A DNA stretch of 63,716 bases, counting the filler, from Octopus bimaculoides (Eukaryota), in NCBI RefSeq assembly GCF_001194135.2. It is 6 parts of 6 records of this genome, joined end to end, with 100 filler letters (N's around TTAATTAATTAA, not from the genome) between each part and the next. Parts side by side here need not be neighbours in the genome. Positions count along the whole stretch, not along the records: positions 53,368 to 59,689 come from NC_068992.1; positions 59,790 to 61,985 come from NC_068996.1; positions 62,086 to 63,716 come from NW_026311032.1; 3 more parts are not named here. The stretch is one strand, 5' to 3'. Below are positions 53,996-63,716 of the stretch, piece by piece (position 1 is the stretch's first letter; each line of letters begins with the position of its first letter). The notes under the pieces were generated by a model. It was not told where the DNA came from. It searched no databases and saw only the letters and a list, made by a program, of their open reading frames with translations. Position numbers and translations under genes: made by a program.

Positions 53996-54545
53996 TGGTA
54001 GATGGATTTGGTAAATGGAAACTGTAAGAAGCTCGTCGTGTATATATATATATATNNNNNNNNNNNNNNNNNNNNNNNNNNNNNNNNNNNNNNNNNNNNN
54101 NNNNNNNNNNNNNNNNNNNNNNNNNNNNNNNNNNNNNNNNNNNNNNNNNNNNNNNNNNNNNNNNNNNNNNNNNNNNNNNNNNNNNNNNNNNNNNNNNNNN
54201 NNNNNNNNNNNNNNNNNNNNNNNNNNNNNNNNNNNNNNNNNNNNNNNNNNNNNNNNNNNNNNNNNNNNNNNNNNNNNNNNNNNNTATATATATACGTATA
54301 TATATCTGTATGTATGTATGTATGTATGTATGTATTTGTGTGTCTGTGTTTGTCCCCCACCATCGCTTGACAACCGAAGTTGGTGTGTTTACGTCCCCGT
54401 AACTTAGCGGTTTGGCAAAAGAAAGTGATAGTATAAGTACGAGGCTTACAAAGAATAACTCCTGGCGACGATTTGTTCGACTAAAGGCATTGCTCCAGCA
54501 TGGCCGCAGTGAAATGACAGAAACAAGTAAAAGAGTAAAAGAGAG
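53996..54545 (+). mobile_element. SINE family B (partial head, TA/TATG tract with gap, full tail)
   Basis: GGATTTGGTAAATGGAAACTGTAAGAAGCTCGTCG ... CCATCGCTTGACAACC..CCCCGTAACTTAGCGG..CCAGCATGGCCGCAG..GAAACAAGTAAAAGAG. Confidence 0.88.
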
Positions 54546-54638
54546 AATAATGATGTCCACGCTGCCTATATTTAGATGTATGCGCGGGGACAAAAACGCA
54601 CGAATGCGCACGCACACCACACACACACAGACACAGAC

Positions 54639-54709
<71 letters not shown>

Positions 54710-55348
54710 CACGCACATACACACACACAATATGCATATACAAAGTTTGGAACAAAGAGAGTAGACAAGAACCGAATACATGAGTATATTTATTTTGTTA
54801 TGTTTTAATTAGCAGAAAAGTGTCTTCAAGAGCTGAGAGTCCGAAGCAACATACTGTTGAATACCCACCCACCCCATACACATACACACACACACATACA
54901 CAGGTGCACATCCACCCACACACAGACATACACATGCGCGCCCGCCCGCCCGCGTCCAGGCACATTCCCACAAAATACATAATATTGCCTATCCCACATA
55001 TAGAATAGCGTAAAATCATTTCGCAATGTCAAAACGTTTTCCTCAAAATCAGTATTTTTACCTTGGGATTCGTCGTTCACTAAACAATGATGATGCATCA
55101 CTTAGGCAAGGGACGCAGTCATGTGGGGATCGAGACGACCGCAACCGCTGCTGTACTTCACCTTCCGTGCACATAAAACAACATAAGTGACGGTGTTTCA
55201 CTGTCGCAAATATTCAGGATTTCAACCTTCCCCCCACGAGTCTGTCTACTCTTTTGGTGAGGATCCGTCAATCGTATGCGGAGCAGTTTTTCCAGCAGAA
55301 CAGTGTGTGGGGGGTGGGGGTTGAAGTGGATTTTCCCACCACTTAGAC

Positions 55349-55585
55349 CAGTGGTTCACAACCATTTTTTTAACCTTTGGACCTCTTTGTTTCCTAATTT
55401 ACCCGGATGGACCCTTCTAACCATTCAATGTTTAAAAAATCCTATTAAATTTTTATAAAAGATCGTTAAGATATTTTGTGAATTCTAGAAGTACAACCAA
55501 TTTATTGCGGATAAATTTCAACAAAAAAAAAAAAAATCATATATGGACCCCCAAGGGCCATATGGATCTCGGTTGAGAACCACTG
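55349..55585. mobile_element. hAT-superfamily MITE, 237 bp, with 8-bp TSD
   Basis: 15-bp TIRs CAGTGGTTCACAACC / GGTTGAGAACCACTG (14/15); flanks ACTTAGAC and TCTTAGAC (7/8). Confidence 0.9.
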
Positions 55586-55789
55586 TCTTAGACGGATATT
55601 GTATCTAGAAACAGGAATCCGTCACTTCCAGCGATGTAACAACATCACGAAATAAACCGTAATTAGTGAGAACTCTCTATAGGGCAAGCAAACTGCAGGA
55701 GAAATCTTTAGAGGAAGAACTCTCATCAAGCAAGTGTTTCACTTCTACCTCCTACTGCTCCACCAATCCCCCCGTGCAGTTGGAGGAAA

Positions 55790-55839
55790 TGCTAAGCTTT
55801 ATTCCCGACTCGGTAACGGTTCAGCCAGCTCGCCGCCTT
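55790..55839 (-). mobile_element. SINE family A head fragment
   Basis: GCTAAGC..CGGTAACGGTTCAGCCAGCTCGCCGCCTT. Confidence 0.7.
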
Positions 55840-56104
55840 TATAATCACAAATAATATTATCAAGAGGTTATCATTATCAAAATTAGTGAGTTCCAAAGAT
55901 CCTTTAGCAGCTGGATATTGCTCTCCATATGCTCCGTATCAAAATGATAAAGATATCTGGGACTACATTATCCAGTGTGTCCAGGATTTTTAAAGACATG
56001 TGAACTAGTTGTTTAGCTCGAAGTTAGTTCAGTCTGATTGAAGAGCTCTAAATTCATCAGTAGCAGTCGTGTTTCAGACTGTACACACAAGAATACTATT
56101 TTTA

Positions 56105-56137
<33 letters not shown>

Positions 56138-56486
56138 ATACACAATGCCCATGTTTCTAAAATAGTTCCATCCCTATTCTTCGACCGTTGTAATTACATC
56201 TGAGTGTCTGATTTAGATGATAGTGGAATTGGTATTTTACTTTGATGAGAAAGAAGTCTACAAAGGCTAGAAATTCGTCTTGTCGAATCACTCTCATTTC
56301 TGTCTACGGAGAAATAAATTCTGCGAGATGGTCATTTTGTACAATTTTCCTAATGAGAATAAATTGTATTTTATCATTTATCTTTTACTTGACTGCAGCC
56401 ATATGTGCGTCTATCTGTCTGTGTGTGTGTGCGCGCGCACGTATATGTGCATTTGTGTAAGTGTTTGTGTGTGTGTATATATATAT

Positions 56487-56524
<38 letters not shown>

Positions 56525-56939
56525 GGATATATATATNNNNNNNNNNNNNNNNNNNNNNNNNNNNNNNNNNNNNNNNNNNNNNNNNNNNNNNNNNNNNNNN
56601 NNNNNNNNNNNNNNNNNNNNNNNNNNNNNNNNNNNNNNNNNNNNNNNNNNNNNNNNNNNNTATATATATATATATATATATTTGTGAGTTAAGGCTACCA
56701 TTGGTTTCGCGTTGAGAAAAATAGAAAAACATTCTAGTGTCGTAGCAATTTTTCAGGCCGATCACATGGTGAAAGGTCTCTGTGTGTGCGTGTATCTCTG
56801 TAAACATATACTTACATTCGATATACACACACACACGGACAGATATGTATGAATAGACATGCTTGTTTATATGTGTAAGGTTATGCAAGTTTATGTATAT
56901 GTATTTAAGCCTGTAAGTGCATGGATATTTGTGTATGAG

Positions 56940-56980
<41 letters not shown>

Positions 56981-57558
56981 GGAGCGTTTGCATGCACATA
57001 GATGCGTGCACTGTCTATTAACCCCAAAGTACTTAAGTGAAATACAATGAAACTCATTTAGCGTAAAGAGAAAATACAAACAGCAAAACATAAAATAAAA
57101 TAATACAAAACAAGACAAAAACATACATAAAAAATATAAAATGAAACGAATAAATTTTACAAAAGGGTGTGAAGCAATCTGGGAGGTGGATCAGTGGCCA
57201 CCACCCTATTGGGGGTCTGCCCTTATTTTACTTTTCCTTCTTTACATCAATAAGCTGAGCTTGTTGGGTGTTAATAGACGAATGAATGAATACAGTGAGT
57301 AGGCGATCCCCTATAATTAGTGGGTATACACTTTCTTTCTTTCCTTCTTTCTTTCATTTTCTATCGTGTTTTGGTCGTCTGTCGGCTGGTGGTGGTCTTA
57401 GTGGTTGGCGATGGTGGTGCAATGGTTGTGATGATAGTGATGCTGGTGGTATTAATAGCGTATAATCCATTAAATCGGGGGATTTGCGTAGACGAAATAA
57501 ATAAAGAAAAGAAACGGAAACAAAAAAATGCAGAGCGATAGAGCATTAATAGGCTGAA

Positions 57559-57628
<70 letters not shown>

Positions 57629-57722
57629 CAGAGAGAAAGAAGAGAGAGAAGGAGGAGGAGAAAGAGGAGGAAGGGGATTCAGAACAGACGAAATTGTAAC
57701 GTAGTGTGTATGCATGAACGTG

Positions 57723-57770
<48 letters not shown>

Positions 57771-57870
57771 CAGACACACAGACACACACAGACACACACA
57801 CACACACACAAACATATATATATAAAGTAAATACATACAAATGTATGTATTATTATGTGAATGTGTGTAT

Positions 57871-57931
<61 letters not shown>

Positions 57932-58193
57932 TGCACATACATATAAATGTATGTATTATTTTGTAAATATATATATATATATATGTGTGTATATAACCTT
58001 ATCCATCTATTGTTTTCATAATCGGTCATAATGTCTTACGTTTAAGATGATTCCCATGCTTTCCCTGATGAGAAGGTTACAATTTTAATATCAAAGATCC
58101 CTATGGATCACACAGGTTGTAATCCTTTGAAACATATGTAGGAATAAAGTATGCAATTATAACATGCGTTTTCTCCAATCCTTAAATTCTTAA

Positions 58194-58247
<54 letters not shown>

Positions 58248-59129
58248 GCACACACGTACATATATACACACATACACTCACATAATAATGCATATATATT
58301 AAATGTATGTATTATTCTTTGAGTATATATATGTGGGTGTATATATATATATATATATAAATAAATATGTACATATATATGTATGTATGTATGTATGNNN
58401 NNNNNNNTATATATATATATATATATATATATCCATGCACAAAACTCTTATCTCGGGTGTCTAGTTTCTGGTTCCTGCCTGAAGATCGCAGTGCAGTGAA
58501 ATTCGTTTCAATCGCTATTTACGTGTACTAAGCACTCTCATTAGCCCAACACAATTTAATGTTCATACGTGTGTGTGTATGTGTGTGTGTGTATGTGTGT
58601 GTGCGTGTGTGCGCGTTTGTGTCTGCACGCGTGCTTGCGTATATATATGTATATATATATGTATGTATGTATGCATATATGTATGCATACATGCATATAT
58701 AAAAATCTACCTTACGTTCGGTTCTAATTTACTTAATCTAGAATTTAATATCTTTAAAAACTGAAAATTGCAAAGTACCTGAAACTGGGGAAAAAAAGAA
58801 AAGAAAAAAGTGCTTCCTGTTCTTAAAAGCTATCAGATTGAATATCTATTGCCCAATCTGGGTAACCGTGTTATATCGTTCTAAATTGATATACAATATA
58901 CGATTTAGTGGGAAAAAAAGGAGAAGAAAAAATACTGAGCGATCATCCAATCACGTTATAGAGTATTAAAACGTTCATAAAACGATGAATGTGTTGATTC
59001 GATAACTTAAATAGTTTTGCTTGTCAGACATATAAACATTTAAGACGTTGTTATATGATAACACCGACATTGTTGTTAAGCAGGTCAGATTCACAGAAGT
59101 TATATTGCTTGTGTTACAAGTGTTATACT

Positions 59130-59194
<65 letters not shown>

Positions 59195-59306
59195 GTCTGT
59201 CTGTCTGTCTGTCTGTCGGTCTGCCTGTCTGTCTATGTATCTATCTATCTATATATCTATCTAACTATCTATCTATCTGCTTATCTGTCTGCCTTTCTGT
59301 CTGTTT

Positions 59307-59371
<65 letters not shown>

Positions 59372-59392
59372 TACACACACACATACACACAC

Positions 59393-59423
<31 letters not shown>

Positions 59424-59624
59424 TTGTGCATATATGCACGTGTGAATGTGTACGAGCGCATTTAGTTGCGTTCAGAAAACTTTTACTTAAGCATAGAATA
59501 TGCATATATGCATAAATATTTACTTATATACTTATATATATATATATGAGTAGAAATACATACATACATACATACATACATACATACATTTGTATGTATG
59601 CATATCTATCTATCTATCTATGCA

Positions 59625-59689
<65 letters not shown>

Positions 59690-59789
59690 NNNNNNNNNNN
59701 NNNNNNNNNNNNNNNNNNNNNNNNNNNNNNNNNTTAATTAATTAANNNNNNNNNNNNNNNNNNNNNNNNNNNNNNNNNNNNNNNNNNNN
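59690..59789. other. Synthetic 100-bp scaffold spacer
   Basis: 44N-TTAATTAATTAA-44N. Confidence 0.95.
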
Positions 59790-60114
59790 ATATAACATCA
59801 TTTATTACCAAACACTGAAACATCACAACCTGACCTTTCGTCTGATGTTACTTTGTCCACTGTCACTTCATACTCACATCTTTTGGTCCAATGTCTTTTT
59901 ATCCGATGATTGTTTTGTCCAACAACTTTTTGTCCAATTTTAAATAAACTCAATAGAAAAGAAAGTGAACATCAAAATCAAATAATCATTGAGAATTTTA
60001 TTGATAGGATTCAAGTAAAATACTGTGGAAAAATGTATTTAAAAACAAGTCATTTTTAAAAAAGTAATAAGATATAACTAGTGATTTATTATGATTGCTT
60101 AAAATTGATGCAAA

Positions 60115-61472
60115 TTATATGACACTCTTCAAAAAATCAATTTTTCTTGTTGACCCATATTCAATGACCAATCTTTTGAGGCGTTCAGTTATTCTTTGAT
60201 ATCGTGTTCATGAATTTGATGGATCTCCTTGAAGAATTTAGTCATTTTCCTTCAGAGTTTTGATTAATTTCCAAATATTCAAATGTACTCCACCTGCCAA
60301 ATGCTTTATCACAGAATGAAACCTTACCACAGCATTATTTGTTCTGGGAATGTCTTGAAGAACATGCTGATTAACATTCCATACAGCTATCGGGAATGTA
60401 GGTGGTTCTCTCCTTCGTCTAGCATCACCTCCTCTCACAACACCTATGTAAGTTAAGTCAAAGTAAGTAAAAAATTAAGCAGGTATTTCTTCATTGTCTG
60501 TTAATTCTTCATAGGCTTCTTTGACATCTTCAATTGATAGGAAGGCTAATGCTAAAAAATACCGAATTTTAAGACAGAAGTCAGAGTCTTTATTGTATTT
60601 TTCTTTGAGGCCTAAATCTGTAATTTTTTGAAATACTGATCAGCTCAAATGAAACAAACATGCCACGATAGATGAATTAAGGAATCATGAATTAAATGCT
60701 GTATGAAATTCAACTTTGAAATCTGCCATGAGATGAAGCAGATATGGATTAGATTGCATAATTTTCAATTACTCGAAAAATAATTTGTATATCTGCTTTG
60801 GCAGTAATGCAAAAACCTGTGGAAAACTACTACCTTTAACTTGTACACGAATACTAAACAGTTGAAACCACTGTTCTGGCACAATTTTGAACATTCTATC
60901 ACATACCCAATGACAATATGATGCCATATCTTGAAGAGCACTTTCTGATGCAAATACTGGTATGAGCTGTCGATACCTGAATCGTATCGCAGGAGCTATT
61001 TGCCATTATCAAATTTAAAATATCCTTCAGGCATTTCAAAACCAGTTCTAGCCCCTGGATTAACGGGAAATCCAGAACTTTTTTTTTGGCACCTTTGAAT
61101 AATCTTGGAAAGTACAGGCAAACGAGAAAGTTATGAGCAAGTATTTTCTCTTAGCTGCGTAAACTTAGCCACTATTGTGCTACACAAACTTGCTGCTACG
61201 TTTCCCACCGCTTCATGCTTTATTTCTGCAACTGCTTTTCTAGCATTTAACAAATCTACATCAGCTAGATAAAGGTGCTCACTAGAAAAATATATAATAT
61301 TCGGTTCCTTGTTTTCCATTACTGTGTGAATTTACAATGAACACAGCTTTCTTTTCTCGCATCTCCAGTATTCTTTTCCTAGTTTTGAATTGCTTGAATG
61401 AAAATCGTAGATTTAATTACTTTCATCAACTACTTTTCTTTTGTTTTTGGTCGATGCTATGAATTTTGTCAT
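60115..61472 (-). pseudogene. FLYWCH-MULE (Mutator-like) transposase pseudogene
   Basis: MTKFIASTKNKRK..KEYWRCEKRKLC..IHT (FLYWCH); HWVCDRMFKIVPEQWFQLFSI..FALLPK..MADFKVEF..IVACLFHLS (MULE core); PTFPIAVWNV..IPRTNNAV..FH. Many stops and frameshifts; repeated TTTTGTCC subterminal motifs at 59850-59940. Confidence 0.9.
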
Positions 61473-61924
61473 TTCAGGATGGGTAAGTTAAAAATGTGTA
61501 CACTAAATTTGCTGCACTCTCTATACACAGCGTCATACTTATGAGAGAGAAGGAAAATGAGCAAAGTAAAACTGTTAACAGAGAAGGAAAAAGAACGATA
61601 ATAACAAAAGAAACGTGTGTAATGGTGAATAAATAATGCCAATAAATTTTCCATCCTCCTCCTTTGTTATACAATAACTCAGCAATCAAAATTTTCAAAA
61701 TTTTGAACTCTGATATGTACCTTGCATCTATGCAACAATGACAACAACTACATACTGGGCTATAATAATGGAATAAGCAGAAGTACTTCAGGACAAAACT
61801 GGGATTTTACTCTACTTATACATACATACATACATATATATATAATAATAATATATATTATATATATATATATATATAATAATATATATATTATTAGTTA
61901 ATAAATCATATAGTATACACCTGG

Positions 61925-61985
61925 TGGTTTGTGAGTGGATTTGCTAGACGGAAACTGAAAGAAGCCCGTCGTATATATGTATATA
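61925..61985 (+). mobile_element. SINE family B partial head running into a gap
   Basis: TTGTGAGTGGATTTGCTAGACGGAAACTGAAAGAAGCCCGTCGTATATATG. Confidence 0.85.
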
Positions 61986-62085
61986 NNNNNNNNNNNNNNN
62001 NNNNNNNNNNNNNNNNNNNNNNNNNNNNNTTAATTAATTAANNNNNNNNNNNNNNNNNNNNNNNNNNNNNNNNNNNNNNNNNNNN
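61986..62085. other. Synthetic 100-bp scaffold spacer
   Basis: 44N-TTAATTAATTAA-44N. Confidence 0.95.
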
Positions 62086-62615
62086 GAAATCGAAATCGTA
62101 ATTGAACCATATTCGATGACTGGCACCTGTGCCAGCAGAGCACTAACAGCACTATCCAAGTGTGATCATTGCCAGAGCAGCTGTCTGGCTTCTGTGCTAG
62201 TGGNNNNNNNNNNNNNNNATTTGAGCGTGATCGTTACCAGCGTTGCCTTACTGGCACTTGTGCCGGTGACATGTTTAGAAAAGCATTCGAGCGAGGTCAT
62301 TGCCAGTGCCACTGGACTGGCTCCTGTGCAGGNNNNNNNNNNAGTGCCACTGGACTGGCTCCTGTGCAGGTGGCATGTAAAAGACACCATTTCGAGCATG
62401 GTCGTTGCCAGTACTTCCCGACTGGCCTTCGTGCCGGTGGCACGTAAAAGCAACCACTACACTCTCGGANNNNNNNNNNNNNNNNNNNNNNNNNNNNNNN
62501 NNNNNNNNNNNNNNNNNNNNNNNNNNNNNNNNNNNNNNNNNNNNNNNNNNNNNNNNNNNNTCAGTCAAATGGTCCAACCCATGCTAGCATGGAAAGCGGA
62601 CGTTAAATGACGATA
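62086..62615 (+). mobile_element. SINE-like interspersed repeat with about five diverged ~60-nt tandem units and a CCCATGCTAGCATGGAA..GTTAAATGACGAT 3' end
   Basis: Unit consensus approximately CGAGCGTGATCGTTGCCAG..ACTGGCTCCTGTGCAGGTGGCACGTAAAA; interrupted by N gaps. Family assignment is from recollection and not verified. Confidence 0.65.
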
Positions 62616-63716
62616 TATATATATATTCTTTGAAACCTATTTCGGGACATATTATATTTGAAGTGCTGTTTGTTTATCCCACCTTTACACTAAATCTCCA
62701 CCACTTATACTCTTTTTTTCTGGTCTCACACAGCAAAATATTACAACTAAATAAGAACGTCTTATCTATTTAACAATACAATCAATACAATTTTTAAAAA
62801 TAAAGCACTAAATTGATGTAAAGCTACGTCTTTCTTTTAATAAAAGGCAACTGTAATTTAGATGTAATCTCATATGTATATATTCTGTATTCCTTTTCAA
62901 GCTGTTTATATAAAACATATCTGAATATAATTTAACTGAGTGTAAATATAATTGTTTTAGATAACAACCAAAAATATTCTTTTAGTGTTTTTGTAGGTTA
63001 GCAGCAAAAATCTTATTATATATCTTTTCTATCTTTATAGGTTTTCTCATAACATATAGATATAATAAAAGGAGAAAATCGTTTTGTTCCTAAAAACTCT
63101 TATCAGCTTTACCCTGAATATTTCTATTTCATACATATTTCTCTCACTTTGTTAATATGTTTTTGAATAGATTCATTGAGGACACCTATTAAAACTGATA
63201 TAAATGGGTATTTTTTTAATGTATCTGTTGTTACATTGTTAATTTAATTTCTTTTCGCTTGCTAGGTCTTAAGGATGCAAGCCTTGTAGACAAGTGAAAT
63301 TGATGTCATTACCTTTCTGTTTAAACTTAGTAAATAAATATCTGTAGGAATGATATAAGCGGGTGAAGGTGGAATTCCAGAAGGAAATATTAAGTGAAAG
63401 AAGGCCTGGGCACAGTGATTAGTGCAGAGCTGAAGCAGTTAACCATAACAAGAGTGATATGAAGAGGAGATAGGAGTAGAACAGATAACATGACTCCCAG
63501 TCACTTCTGGAAACAGAGATCACTATACTAGTAGTAAAAAAGGCAGAGATAGGTGACAGTGACACCTATTGAACAAAGGCTGGAACTTATTTATGAGTGA
63601 CTTTATGATGATCATTTGGATGTAGTGTTATGTATGAATATATATGTGCGAGTGTGTGTGTGTGTGTATATATATATATACATATATATGTTTATATATA
63701 CATATATATATATATA

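Noticed and set aside
58716-58778. Minus-strand exon candidate VLCNFQFLKILNSRLSKLEPN with a strong polypyrimidine tract
   Set aside because: Phase 0/0 does not connect to the phase-1 receptor exons, it lies across a synthetic join, and it shows no domain similarity.
62086-62470. Repeat-spacer appearance suggesting a CRISPR array
   Set aside because: Eukaryotic context, no cas genes, and the variable parts are homologous to each other, so these are tandem units rather than unique spacers.
63264-63295. Plus-strand acceptor followed by LKDASLVDK*
   Set aside because: Too short and unlinked to support a CDS call.

Overview
Eukaryotic, AT-rich, microsatellite-saturated draft genomic DNA. The SINE, LINE and microsatellite landscape suggests an octopus or other coleoid cephalopod; this is an inference from repeat types and no search was run. 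Five synthetic 100-bp spacers (44 N + TTAATTAATTAA + 44 N) split the window into six joined sub-scaffolds. Most ORFs in the supplied track are simple-repeat or N-gap artefacts. The best-supported host gene is three phase-compatible minus-strand exons (52907-52954, 51368-51419, 48199-48421) encoding the stalk, transmembrane helix and cytoplasmic tail of a single-pass membrane protein with two acidic YxxL motifs; its ectodomain exons are not visible. A weaker, speculative chain of plus-strand exons (28.8-46.7 kb) may encode a second, convergent receptor-like protein with a stop right after its TM helix. Mobile DNA includes stacked R4/Dong-type RLE LINE copies in (AAT)n tracts, another RLE LINE tail in (CATA)n, an L1/Tx1-type 3' end, at least three tRNA-derived SINE families, a FLYWCH-MULE transposase pseudogene, a Tc1 fragment, a mariner MITE, a hAT MITE with TSD, and four long palindromes. 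No rRNA, intact tRNA or CRISPR array is supported.
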